Source: Eubacteriales bacterium (lineage in GTDB: Bacteria; Bacillota; Clostridia; Lachnospirales; Lachnospiraceae). Taken from it: 64,000 bases of DNA. The translations under genes and the position numbers were made by a program. The notes beneath the pieces were generated by a model. The model made no database searches and had not been told where the DNA came from. It was given only the letters and a program-made list of their open reading frames with translations. The number at the start of each line of letters is the position of its first letter. The stretch's first letter is position 1. Location: assembly GCA_030536995.1 (NCBI GenBank), contig JAUNOY010000001.1, positions 35,274 through 99,273 on the forward strand, read 5' to 3'. Positions 7,993-17,372 of the stretch are shown piece by piece.

Positions 7993-10143
7993 ATGGCAAA
8001 AAAAAGACTCCAGAAAAAAAAGGCTGCTGCCCTTGAAAAAACAGAAACAGCAAAAATTGAAGTTGCCAATACCGAAGCGGTAAAGGCCGAATCTCCTAAA
8101 GCAGAGCCGAAAAAGGTCGAAACAAAAAAAGTCGAGCCTGCTAAAATCGAGACTTCCAAAACAGAACCTGTAAAAGTGGAAACAAAAAAGGTTGAACCTG
8201 CAAAACTCACAACTTCCAGAACAGAACCTGTAAAAGTGGAGACAAGAAAAGTCGAACCTGTGAAACTCACAACCGAAAAAGAACTTCCCGACGTAGACTG
8301 GGATATTTATGAAGCACGTTTCAACCGTCACGTGGACGAGCTGAAATGGCTCTACTGTGAGCTTTATCAGGACAACCCTTATGTAATGATGCACTTTAAT
8401 GATCTGATTGCTGATATGCGCAATTTCTACGCAGAACGCTCCCCGGCTCTTCAGGCATCTGATCAAAAACGCGAAGCTGATCCAGACTGGTACAAACGCA
8501 ATGACCTTCTGGGGATGATGATGTATGTCAGCAACTTCTCAAAAACCCTCAATGGATTGGAGGACAAGCTGGACTATATCCGTGAATGTAATGTTAATTA
8601 TCTGCATCTCATGCCTCTTCTTGCATCTCCGAAAGGAAAAAGTGACGGTGGTTATGCAGTAGCAGATTTCCGTCAGGTACAGCCTGAACTGGGAACCATG
8701 GATGATTTCGCCGAACTAACTGAAAAATGCCATAAAAATGGCATCAGTATCTGCCTTGATTTCGTCATGAATCACACATCCGAGGATCATGAATGGGCAC
8801 AGCGTGCCCGTGCCGGAGAAAAAGAATATCAGGACCGCTACTTCTTCTTTGATAATTATGATGTTCCGGCTATGTATGAGCAACATTGCCCGGAAGTTTT
8901 CCCGACAACTGCGCCTGGTAATTTCACCTGGTATGATGACATTCAAAAGCATGTCATGACAACTTTCTATCCATATCAGTGGGATTTGAATTACCAAAAC
9001 CCCATTGTCCTCAATGAAATGATTTACAATATGCTTTATCTTGCAAACAAGGGTGTTGACATCGTGCGTCTTGACGCAGTTCCATACATTTGGAAACAGC
9101 TTGGAACTAACTGCCGGAATCTTCCACAGGTTCATACAATTGTACGAATCATGCGTATTATCAGTGAAATTGTCTGCCCTGGCATACTCCTTTTGGGCGA
9201 AGTTGTCATGGCCCCTGAAAAAGTGGTTCCTTATTTCGGAACTCCAGAAAAACCGGAATGCCATCTTCTTTATAATGTTACAACGATGGCAAGCACCTGG
9301 CATACTGTTGCAACCAGAGACGTTTCTCTTCTGCGCAGACAGCTTGATATTGTCGCAGGTCTTCCAAAGGATTATATTTTCCAGAATTATCTCCGCTGCC
9401 ACGACGATATCGGCTGGGGACTTGATTACGATTATCTGAAAAACTTCTCCATCGAAGAGGTTGCGCACAAGAAATACCTGAACGATTTTTTCACTGGAAA
9501 ATATCCGAACTCTTTTTCCAGAGGAGAGCTTTACAACGATGATCCCAGACTTGGCGATGCCCGTCTCTGCGGTACTACTGCTTCTCTTTGCGGAATTGAG
9601 CGTTTCGGTTTTGAAGGCAATGAAGAAGGAGTTGAAAGAGGTATCCGTTATGATATCACCCTTCATGCTTTTATGCTTTCCCAGTCCGGTATTCCAGTCA
9701 TCTACAGCGGAGATGAAATCGGTCAGCTGAACGATTATTCTTACAAAAATGATCCGGATAAAGCTTCTGATTCCCGCTATCTCCACAGAGGCGAATTCGA
9801 CTGGAATCTGGCAGATAACCGCAAAGTCGACTACACAGTACAGGGACGTTTATTCCCTGCACTTGATAAACTGGAACATATCCGCGCTTCTCACAGTGTC
9901 TTCAGAGCCGATGCTTCTCTTCGAACTATTGACACCTGGGATTCTTCCATTCTGGCTCTTGTTCGTGAAAATGAAGAAGAAAAATTCATCGGTATCTATA
10001 ATTTCTGTGAAAATGACAGAGTTGCATGGATCAATGAAGATGACGGTATCTATCTCGATCTGATCTCCGGACACGAAATGGAAGCAAAAGGCATTATGGT
10101 CCCGGCTTTCGGTTGTTACTGGCTGTGCCGCAAAAAGAAATGA
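7993..10143 (+). CDS. GH13 alpha-amylase-family enzyme, amylosucrase-like, with a roughly 100 aa K/E/P/V-rich repetitive N-terminal extension
   Basis: 716 aa. The catalytic part carries YLHLMPLL..GKSDGGYAV.DFR, DFVMNHTS.EHEWAQ, the nucleophile region RLDAV, GEVV, and HDDIGW. AAGGGAGG RBS upstream. No signal peptide. Confidence 0.8.
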   Translation: MAKKRLQKKKAAALEKTETAKIEVANTEAVKAESPKAEPKKVETKKVEPAKIETSKTEPVKVETKKVEPAKLTTSRTEPVKVETRKVEPVKLTTEKELPDVDWDIYEARFNRHVDELKWLYCELYQDNPYVMMHFNDLIADMRNFYAERSPALQASDQKREADPDWYKRNDLLGMMMYVSNFSKTLNGLEDKLDYIRECNVNYLHLMPLLASPKGKSDGGYAVADFRQVQPELGTMDDFAELTEKCHKNGISICLDFVMNHTSEDHEWAQRARAGEKEYQDRYFFFDNYDVPAMYEQHCPEVFPTTAPGNFTWYDDIQKHVMTTFYPYQWDLNYQNPIVLNEMIYNMLYLANKGVDIVRLDAVPYIWKQLGTNCRNLPQVHTIVRIMRIISEIVCPGILLLGEVVMAPEKVVPYFGTPEKPECHLLYNVTTMASTWHTVATRDVSLLRRQLDIVAGLPKDYIFQNYLRCHDDIGWGLDYDYLKNFSIEEVAHKKYLNDFFTGKYPNSFSRGELYNDDPRLGDARLCGTTASLCGIERFGFEGNEEGVERGIRYDITLHAFMLSQSGIPVIYSGDEIGQLNDYSYKNDPDKASDSRYLHRGEFDWNLADNRKVDYTVQGRLFPALDKLEHIRASHSVFRADASLRTIDTWDSSILALVRENEEEKFIGIYNFCENDRVAWINEDDGIYLDLISGHEMEAKGIMVPAFGCYWLCRKKK
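8101..8280 (+). repeat. Three tandem 60 bp (20 codon) coding repeats
   Basis: Units 8161-8220 and 8221-8280 are near-identical (acagaacctgtaaaagtgga.acaa.aaa.gt.gaacctg..aaactcacaac). Unit 8101-8160 is a more diverged copy. They encode TEPVKVETKKVEPAKLTTS-like units. Confidence 0.85.
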
Positions 10144-10170
10144 TTTTATTAAAATATTTTGTTAAAAACA

Positions 10171-10200
10171 AAAATCCCCGCCTAAACGACGGGGATTTTT
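10171..10200. terminator. Bidirectional rho-independent terminator between convergent genes
   Basis: AAAATCCCCG (10171-10180) and CGGGGATTTT (10190-10199) form a stem with an A-tract 5' and a T-tract 3'. It lies between the amylosucrase-like gene (+) and the antiporter (-). Confidence 0.8.
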
Positions 10201-10281
10201 TAACATTTCAGAATTCTCTCCACTCCTTACGCAGGATTCCTGTCAGCCTTGACCGACATCCTTTTTTATTCTCTGCGTATC

Positions 10282-11451
10282 TTATGCTTTTTTACTGTAC
10301 AAAACCTTAAGGGCAATAGGTGTCACAATGGAAGATACCATAATCAGAAGAATTACAGCTGTAAAAAATTTACTCTCTACCATTCCGACAGAAAGTCCTT
10401 TCTGTGCCACAATAAGAGCCACCTCTCCACGTGTCATCATTCCAACTCCGATTTTCAGGGAGTCATTTGTATTGAATCCCAGTATTTTGGACATCAAACC
10501 GCAGCCGATAATTTTTGAAAACAAAGCAATCACAACAAAAAGAACACAGAAAATCAGCAGAGACACTGACATTTCATCCACGGAGGTTTTCAGTCCGATA
10601 CTGCAGAAGAACACCGGGGCAAACAGCATGTAGGAACTGATATCCACCTTTCTGGCTATATACTCAGAATCCTCAATACTGCAAAGCACGATACCTGCCA
10701 CATATGCACCTGTAATATCCGCAATGCCGAAATACTCCTCTGCCAGATAGGCAAAAGCAAACGCTATAACAAAGCCAAGAATAGGAATTCTTCTTGTATG
10801 CGGATATCTGGCATCAAGAGCTTTAAAAAGCTTATAAATAACATAACCTACCACAATGGCAAATACAAAGAAAAGACCTGTGCTGATAATTACAGAAGAC
10901 GGACTCGAAGCAGGATCTTTCATGCCTACAACAAAAGTAAGAACGATAATACCGATAACGTCGTCGATAATCGCCGCACTCATAATCGTCGTTCCAGTCT
11001 CAGATTTCAGATAACCCAGTTCCTGTAGAGATGCAACTGTAATGCTGACAGAAGTCGCAGTCATAATTACACCTGTAAACACCGCAGAATAAAACTGGGC
11101 AGAACCGCTTGGTGCAAAACCATAATAACAGGAATACAAGAAATATCCCCCTGCAAGAGGCACAAACACACCCGCACATGCAATAAGCAGCGCTTTCCAT
11201 CCTGTACGTCTCAGATCTTTAAGACTTGTCTGAAGTCCGGCAAAGAACATCAGAAGAACAACCCCGATTTCCGCCATACCGCTAATAAGCTCCGTCTGCT
11301 GTACAAGTCCAAGAACACTTGGACCAATCAGAAGACCTGCAATAATTTCTCCCACAACCTGCGGTGCCTTTAATTTACCGGCAAGAAGCCCGCACAGCTT
11401 TGCAGAAATCAGGATAATGGCCAGATCCTTAAAAATCTCATAAGTTTCCAT
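10282..11451 (-). CDS. Cation:proton antiporter (CPA2 / Na+/H+ exchanger family)
   Basis: 389 aa with about 12 predicted TM segments. The N-terminal LAGKLKAPQVVGEIIAGLLIGPSVLG is typical of KefB/NapA-type exchangers. Confidence 0.8.
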   Translation of the reverse strand: METYEIFKDLAIILISAKLCGLLAGKLKAPQVVGEIIAGLLIGPSVLGLVQQTELISGMAEIGVVLLMFFAGLQTSLKDLRRTGWKALLIACAGVFVPLAGGYFLYSCYYGFAPSGSAQFYSAVFTGVIMTATSVSITVASLQELGYLKSETGTTIMSAAIIDDVIGIIVLTFVVGMKDPASSPSSVIISTGLFFVFAIVVGYVIYKLFKALDARYPHTRRIPILGFVIAFAFAYLAEEYFGIADITGAYVAGIVLCSIEDSEYIARKVDISSYMLFAPVFFCSIGLKTSVDEMSVSLLIFCVLFVVIALFSKIIGCGLMSKILGFNTNDSLKIGVGMMTRGEVALIVAQKGLSVGMVESKFFTAVILLIMVSSIVTPIALKVLYSKKA

Positions 11452-11601
11452 ATCTTTTTCCCCTTTTGTAAAATGAAATAATAACTTTTAACAGGAAAAT
11501 TATAGCACCATCGAATTGGAAGTACAAGGAGAACACTATTTTGTTTTTTGTATCTTCTGTTAATATTCTGTTAATATCCCAGCTCTCTGTACATAGAGAA
11601 T

Positions 11602-13989
11602 TCACGATTTCTGAAGTTTCTCAAGAAACAGAGTTAACGAACTTTTTTCTGTTCTGTTCAATGTTTTTTCGTACATTTTTCGAAGCCACGCAGTAATAGC
11701 TTCAATGGCAATCGGCGAGAAGGTCATCAGAAGGAATACCCAGATGATCATTCCAAATTCCAGTGAACCGAGATTCAGCAATTTTTGAAGGACAACCGCT
11801 GCCCCGAAGAATATAAACTGCATACCATAAATGATAATTTTACGGTAGCGGCTTAACGGAGAATATACCGTTTTTAAAGCAGCCATATAATTCCATCCTG
11901 TCACAAGAACACAGGCCGTATTAAGCATGGCATTGGAATGATATGCCTCCTGGCAGACCAGCATAACTGTAAACACACAGCCTGTAATAGTCACTGCTGC
12001 AGGAAACGCATTCATAAACACATGACGCAGGAAAGTACGGTCTATTTTTTCGTAATTATTCTCCTGCGCAAGGAGGAATGTTGGGATTCCCACTGCACAT
12101 GCACTGATCAGCGACATCTGAATCGGCTCAAACGGATACGCCTCTCCAAAGAAAATCGTAATCAAAGACAACAACACGGAGAAGATTGTCTTGATCAAAA
12201 ACATGGAAGCCGCCATACGAATATTGTTTACCACTCTTCGTCCCTGGTTTACAATATGTGGCATGGATGCAAAGTTGGAATCCAGAAGAACTACATTTGC
12301 AATATTTTTTGCTGCATCACTTCCTTCTGCCATAGCAATACTGCAATCTGCTTCTTTAAGAGCCAGTACATCATTGACACCGTCTCCTGTCATGGCAACT
12401 GTATGCTTCTGTTTCTTCAATGCCTGAACCATCTGTTTTTTCTGCTGCGGCGTTACACGTCCAAATACACTGCAGGAGGCAACTGCTTTTTCCATTTCTT
12501 CCTGTGTATGAATCGTTGTCGCATCTATATAATGATCTGCATTTTTCAGCCCTGCTTTTTTTGCAATGGAAGCAACTGTCACAGGATCATCGCCTGATAT
12601 TACTTTTAAGTCTACTCCCTGACTGTCAAAAAACTTCAGGGTTTCCGGAGCTTCTGCACGGATTACATCTGTGAGAAGAAGAATTGCCGCTGGCTTTAAT
12701 CCTTCCGGAATTACATTTCCTTCCGCCGTATTGGGGCTGTGGGCCAGAACTAAAATACGATATCCCTGCTCCGCATAAAATTTGCAGACTCTTTCCAATT
12801 CCTCATTTCCATCCGGAAAAAGGAACTGTACGGCTCCCATAAGATACGTTCCTCTCTGCTCAAAAGAAGCTCCACTGTATTTCCTGTCTGACGAAAATGG
12901 AATCGCTTTTTCCAGAGTCATATCACGGCTGACAGGAAAGAACTTGCGCAGAGCATCTGCTGTCGCATTTTTATCATTGAGAACCGCCATAAGATTTCCC
13001 ATGATATGCCCAATTTCCTCAACGGAAGCTTTCGAAACAACTGAAATCTCTTCTGTGTAAGGCTCCGCACTTTCCACACACATCGTTCCTTCTGTGATCG
13101 TTCCTGTTTTATCCAGGCAGAGCGTATCGACTCTGGCAAGCGTTTCAATACAATACAATTCCTGCACAAGAGTCTTCTTGCGCGCCAATGTAAGTGCGCC
13201 CAGAGTAAGTGCAACACTGGTAAGAAGTACAAGCCCTTCCGGAATCATTCCCAAAACCGCAGCCACTGTACTGACCACAGAATCTCTCAGGCTTTCTCCC
13301 ACCAGATAAAACTGTTTGTAAAAAAGCATGGCACCCAGAGGAACAATAATAATACTGATTACTTTCAAAATTGCATTCAGAGCATTTCTAAGCTCTGAAT
13401 TATGACGCTTAAACTCCTTCGCCTCACTGGTAATCTGCGCAGCATAATTGTCTTTTCCTACATGAATAACCTGACAGCAGGCTTCACCTGATGTAACGAA
13501 ACTTCCGGAAAAGAGTTCATCTCCCGGATTTTTTGCAAGGTTATCTGCTTCACCTGTAAGAAGAGATTCATTTACTTCCATACAGCCTTCCAGAACCTTT
13601 GCATCCGCCGGAATCTGGTCTCCTGTTTTCAGATAAATAATATCATCGAGAACCAGCTTCTCTGTTGAAATCGTCCATTTTTTGCCCTCACGAAGCACCA
13701 CTGTCTTGCTTTCTGTCAGGATTGCAAGCTGGTCAATAGTCTTCTTGGCACGAATTTCCTGTACAATTCCTATTACTGTGTTAATTACAATAATCCCCAT
13801 AAATGCAGAATTCTTGTACGAGCCGACAAGAAGCACCATCACCAGAAGCGCAACATTCAAAAAGTTAAAAAACGTCAGGGAATTCTCCATAATAATCTGT
13901 TTATACGTTCTGGTATTGGGATTTTCGTTGGCGTTTACCTGCCCTTCGGCAATTCGCGCCTGTACCTGTTCATTCGTAAGTCCTGTCAT
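11602..13989 (-). CDS. Cation-translocating P-type ATPase (HAD-IC family, Ca2+/Mg2+-type)
   Basis: Contains the DKTGTIT phosphorylation motif, TGEA actuator motif, MTGDGVNDVLALKEAD hinge and C-terminal TM bundle. Start taken at MTGLTNEQ (ATG 13989) behind a GGGAGGAAAAG RBS. Confidence 0.9.
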   Translation of the reverse strand: MTGLTNEQVQARIAEGQVNANENPNTRTYKQIIMENSLTFFNFLNVALLVMVLLVGSYKNSAFMGIIVINTVIGIVQEIRAKKTIDQLAILTESKTVVLREGKKWTISTEKLVLDDIIYLKTGDQIPADAKVLEGCMEVNESLLTGEADNLAKNPGDELFSGSFVTSGEACCQVIHVGKDNYAAQITSEAKEFKRHNSELRNALNAILKVISIIIVPLGAMLFYKQFYLVGESLRDSVVSTVAAVLGMIPEGLVLLTSVALTLGALTLARKKTLVQELYCIETLARVDTLCLDKTGTITEGTMCVESAEPYTEEISVVSKASVEEIGHIMGNLMAVLNDKNATADALRKFFPVSRDMTLEKAIPFSSDRKYSGASFEQRGTYLMGAVQFLFPDGNEELERVCKFYAEQGYRILVLAHSPNTAEGNVIPEGLKPAAILLLTDVIRAEAPETLKFFDSQGVDLKVISGDDPVTVASIAKKAGLKNADHYIDATTIHTQEEMEKAVASCSVFGRVTPQQKKQMVQALKKQKHTVAMTGDGVNDVLALKEADCSIAMAEGSDAAKNIANVVLLDSNFASMPHIVNQGRRVVNNIRMAASMFLIKTIFSVLLSLITIFFGEAYPFEPIQMSLISACAVGIPTFLLAQENNYEKIDRTFLRHVFMNAFPAAVTITGCVFTVMLVCQEAYHSNAMLNTACVLVTGWNYMAALKTVYSPLSRYRKIIIYGMQFIFFGAAVVLQKLLNLGSLEFGMIIWVFLLMTFSPIAIEAITAWLRKMYEKTLNRTEKSSLTLFLEKLQKS

Positions 13990-14059
13990 CTTTTCCTCCC
14001 GCAAATACACGACAAGGCAGATGCATTTACATACATCCGCCTGCTTTATTTCTGCTCAC

Positions 14060-15139
14060 TTATTTCACGGAGCAGTCGATCACGCCGCCGCCTGCTACAT
14101 AATCTCCCTGATAAAAAACTACTGCCTGTCCCGGGGTTATTGCCCTCTGAGGCTCTTTAAATTTTACAAGAAGTTTATCCTCGCCTTGTTTTTCCAAAAC
14201 TGCAGGTGCGCCTTTATGGTTGTAGCGGATTTTGGCAATTACTTCCATCCCATCTTCAAACCGCGGCACAGAAACTGCATTTAACTGACTGCAAAGGAGC
14301 GCCTGAGCGAATACATCCTCATTATCTCCAATAACAACCTCATTGGTTTCCGGTCTGATCTGTGTAACGAAAACCGGACGCCCCATGGAAAGATTCAGTC
14401 CCTTACGTTGTCCTACCGTATAATGGATGATTCCCTGATGCTGTCCGAGAATTTCTCCATTTATACTAACATAGTTTCCTTTGGGAACTGTAATCCCCGT
14501 ATTCTCTGCAATGAATTTCGCATAATCCCCATCAGGGATAAAACAGATTTCCATGCTGTCCGGCTTTTTCGCAACCGGAAGTCCGATTCTCTCTGCAATT
14601 TTACGAATTTCATCTTTTTCATAACTTCCGACAGGCATTCTGGTTCTGGATAACTGTTCCTGTGTCAGTCCGTACAATGCATACGTCTGGTCTTTCGCCG
14701 CAGTTATGGAATTCTTGAGAGTATATCTGCCATTAGAAAGCTTTGCAATCTGGGCATAATGCCCGGTCGCCATAAGGTATGCGCCAAGTCTCTCTCCCTC
14801 TTCCATAATTGCCTTCCACTTTATATAACGATTACAGACTACGCATGGATTCGGAGTTCTGCCGGAAATATATTCTTTTGTAAAATAATCGATTACATTT
14901 TCTTTAAACTGTGGACAGACATCTACCACATAGTGCGGTATTTCCAGAAAATCTGCAACTTTTTTCGCATCTTCCACAATCTGCTCTGTCGAACTTTTTT
15001 CTCCGGGGAGAAGATTTTGTTCTTTAAAATGCGACATAGTCACTCCGATTACGTCATACCCTTCTTCTTTCAGCAGGTAAGCCGCCACAGAAGAATCTAC
15101 ACCGCCTGACAGACCTACGATTATTTTTTCTTTATTCAT
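14060..15139 (-). CDS. mnmA: tRNA 2-thiouridine(34) synthase
   Basis: 359 aa with the GLSGGVDSSVAA PP-loop and the conserved NPCVVCNR and TKDQTYAL-type motifs. Confidence 0.95.
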   Translation of the reverse strand: MNKEKIIVGLSGGVDSSVAAYLLKEEGYDVIGVTMSHFKEQNLLPGEKSSTEQIVEDAKKVADFLEIPHYVVDVCPQFKENVIDYFTKEYISGRTPNPCVVCNRYIKWKAIMEEGERLGAYLMATGHYAQIAKLSNGRYTLKNSITAAKDQTYALYGLTQEQLSRTRMPVGSYEKDEIRKIAERIGLPVAKKPDSMEICFIPDGDYAKFIAENTGITVPKGNYVSINGEILGQHQGIIHYTVGQRKGLNLSMGRPVFVTQIRPETNEVVIGDNEDVFAQALLCSQLNAVSVPRFEDGMEVIAKIRYNHKGAPAVLEKQGEDKLLVKFKEPQRAITPGQAVVFYQGDYVAGGGVIDCSVK

Positions 15140-15585
15140 CAGTATTCTTCCTCGTCTTCCTCTTCACCTTCATGGATATCGGATTTCGGTTTCTCAAGAC
15201 CTTCGATAACAATACCGTGTTTCTGAGCATAATCCCAAAGCGCCGCATGGACTGCCTCCTCTGCAAGAAGGGAACAATGTACTTTCACCGGAGGAAGTCC
15301 GTCCAGTGCCTCCATAACTGCTTTGTTCGTCAGTTTCATAGCCTCCTCGATCGTTTTGCCTTTTACCAGCTCTGTTGCCATACTGCTTGTCGCAACCGCA
15401 GCTCCACATCCGAAGGTTTTAAATTTACAGTCTTTAATAATTTTTGTCTCTTCATCAATATCCAGAAAGATTCTCATAATATCGCCGCACTTGGCGTTTC
15501 CTACTGTACCTACACCGCTGGCATTCTCTATTTCTCCCACATTACGTGGATTCTGGAAATGGTCCATTACTTTCTCACTATACAT
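15139..15585 (-). CDS. nifU: Fe-S cluster assembly scaffold (NifU/IscU N-terminal type)
   Basis: 148 aa with GNAKCGD, FKTFGCGAA and HCSLLA cluster-ligand motifs. The stop overlaps the mnmA start (TGATG). Confidence 0.93.
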   Translation of the reverse strand: MYSEKVMDHFQNPRNVGEIENASGVGTVGNAKCGDIMRIFLDIDEETKIIKDCKFKTFGCGAAVATSSMATELVKGKTIEEAMKLTNKAVMEALDGLPPVKVHCSLLAEEAVHAALWDYAQKHGIVIEGLEKPKSDIHEGEEEDEEEY

Positions 15586-15627
15586 TATTTTTTCCTCCTG
15601 ACAAGTAGTTTTATAATACTTTAATGA

Positions 15628-16800
15628 TTATTTCTGTTTTTTTATAAAGTCTTCATATAATGGAGACATATTTCTTAAATTCTGCACAATATCTCTTAAT
15701 TTATCTACTGTGAAATCAATTTCTTCTTTTGTCGTCTCCTCACTTAATGTAAGGCGAAGAGAACCATGCGCAATCTCATGGGGAAGTCCGATAGCAAGCA
15801 GCACATGGGACGGATCCAGAGAACCGGATGTACAGGCTGAACCACTGGATGCGCAGATTCCAAAAGAATCCAACATAAGGAGCAGCGATTCTCCCTCAAT
15901 GAAATGGAAACTTACGTTTACATTATTAGGAAGACGTTTCACCGAATCTCCATTAAGCTTTACATAGGGGATTTCCTTCATGATTCGCTCAATCATATAG
16001 TCTCTTAATTCGATTTCTCTGGCTGTACGCTCCTTCATAGTATTAAGCGCTCTGGCTGCCGCAACACCATATCCAACGATACCCGGCACATTTTCCGTGC
16101 CTGCACGGCGCTTACGCTCCTGGGCTCCACCATGAACAAAAGAACGGATTTTTACACCCTTGCGGATATATAAGAAGCCGATTCCTTTCGGTCCGTTAAT
16201 CTTATGTCCGCTGGAGCTTAACATATCAATGTTCATCTCATCTACATTAATCGGCACCTGACCAAATGCCTGAACAGCATCTGTATGAAATAAAATCCCG
16301 TGTTCTCTGGCAATCAGCCCGATCTCCTTAATAGGCTGAATAGTTCCGATTTCATTATTTGCAAACATAACGGAAATCAGAATTGTTTCCGGTGTAATTG
16401 CTTTTTCAAGCTCATCAAGTTTCACCACTCCGTTTTCATCTACATCAAGGTAAGTAATCCTTGCGCCGCGCTTCTCCAGATATTCACAGGTATGAAGGAT
16501 GGCATGATGCTCAATTTTCGTTGTGATAATGTGGTTTCCTTTTCCCTTAAAAAATTCAAAAGCTGCTTTCAGAGCCCAGTTATCTGCTTCTGAGCCGCCT
16601 GCTGTGAAATATATTTCTTCTTTCTTTGCACCGATCACTTTTGCAATCTGCTCTCTGGCTGTTGTAACAGCCTCCTTACTCTTTCCCGCAAAGTCATAAA
16701 CACTTGACGGATTTCCGTAACATTCTGTAAAATACGGCAACATTGCCTGAACAACCTCAGGCGCCGTTTTTGTTGTCGCTGCATTATCTAAATAAATCAT
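15628..16800 (-). CDS. nifS: Cysteine desulfurase (NifS type)
   Basis: 390 aa with IYLDNAATT, the SSSGHKINGPKG PLP-lysine region and the SSGSACTS active-site cysteine loop. Confidence 0.95.
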   Translation of the reverse strand: MIYLDNAATTKTAPEVVQAMLPYFTECYGNPSSVYDFAGKSKEAVTTAREQIAKVIGAKKEEIYFTAGGSEADNWALKAAFEFFKGKGNHIITTKIEHHAILHTCEYLEKRGARITYLDVDENGVVKLDELEKAITPETILISVMFANNEIGTIQPIKEIGLIAREHGILFHTDAVQAFGQVPINVDEMNIDMLSSSGHKINGPKGIGFLYIRKGVKIRSFVHGGAQERKRRAGTENVPGIVGYGVAAARALNTMKERTAREIELRDYMIERIMKEIPYVKLNGDSVKRLPNNVNVSFHFIEGESLLLMLDSFGICASSGSACTSGSLDPSHVLLAIGLPHEIAHGSLRLTLSEETTKEEIDFTVDKLRDIVQNLRNMSPLYEDFIKKQK

Positions 16801-16818
16801 ATCTCGTCCTCCTGCTCT

Positions 16819-17250
16819 CTATTCTATTCCTGCATTCTTTTCTCGCATCCGTCTGCTCTCTTCTATAAGCTCACTGAGCATAAGAGTGTCTACCGCATTT
16901 GTAATACCGTCATTAATACGTTTCCATACTATTTTTGCCACGCAGATATCTGCTCCCTGACAGGTTTCTTCCTCACATACCGCCGCATTGAGATTACCTT
17001 CCAGAACTCTTAATATCTCACCTACTGAAATTTCCGCCGCAGATTTACCAAGTTGATATCCACCACAGGCGCCTCTGGAACTTTTTACGATTCCTGCCTT
17101 CTTGAGAAGAGCCATAATCTGTTCCAGATAACTTACGGATATATTCTGTCTCCCTGCTATACTCTGGAGCGAGATTGTTTCATCTTTGCTATATAATCCT
17201 AAATCGATGAGTGCCCGAAGGCCGTAACGTGCTCGTGTTGACAGTTTCAT
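16819..17250 (-). CDS. Rrf2-family transcriptional regulator (IscR/CymR-like)
   Basis: 143 aa. The MKLSTRARYGLRALIDL N-terminus and wHTH are typical of the Rrf2 family. It heads the nifS-nifU-mnmA operon. Confidence 0.9.
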   Translation of the reverse strand: MKLSTRARYGLRALIDLGLYSKDETISLQSIAGRQNISVSYLEQIMALLKKAGIVKSSRGACGGYQLGKSAAEISVGEILRVLEGNLNAAVCEEETCQGADICVAKIVWKRINDGITNAVDTLMLSELIEESRRMREKNAGIE

Positions 17251-17266
17251 TTCCTCACCTCTTTTT

Positions 17267-17291
17267 AATTCCTAGTGTTTTCCTCGGATTT
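17267..17291. promoter_or_regulatory. Imperfect inverted repeat, candidate Rrf2 operator
   Basis: AATTCCTAG-N7-CTCGGATTT, with 7 of 9 arm positions complementary. It lies immediately upstream of the Rrf2 gene RBS. Confidence 0.3.
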
Positions 17292-17372
17292 CTTTTTTAC
17301 TTTAACAGAAAGTTTCTGTTCTGTCAAGATGGTTTTATGAATATACTAACTAAAAAAGTCCAGGTTTTTATT

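Noticed and set aside
8101-8280. Regular 60 bp tandem repeats considered as a CRISPR-like or minisatellite array.
   Set aside because: The units are directly adjacent with no spacers. They are in frame and encode a 20 aa protein repeat within a continuous ORF. This is not a CRISPR array.
8716-9786. A 356 aa minus-strand ORF inside the amylosucrase-like gene. Similar long antisense ORFs occur at 18903-19784, 23872-24771, 40009-40734, 40990-41751, 44156-45127, 45203-46216, 47579-48550, 55919-56608 and 59169-59711.
   Set aside because: Each lies entirely antisense to a strongly recognisable conserved gene. They lack SD sequences and have junk-like, Cys/Phe/Ile/His-rich composition. They are shadow ORFs produced by codon bias.
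17211-17372. Upstream extensions of ORF-track models: spoVB-like from 17211, recN from 42033, spo0A from 28151, spoIVB from 40227, MBOAT from 4308, prfC from 51009, the kinase from 38638 and spoIIIAC from 54491.
   Set aside because: In each case an internal start with a well-spaced SD reproduces the family-typical N-terminus. The extensions overlap neighbouring genes or regulatory sites and have no RBS.
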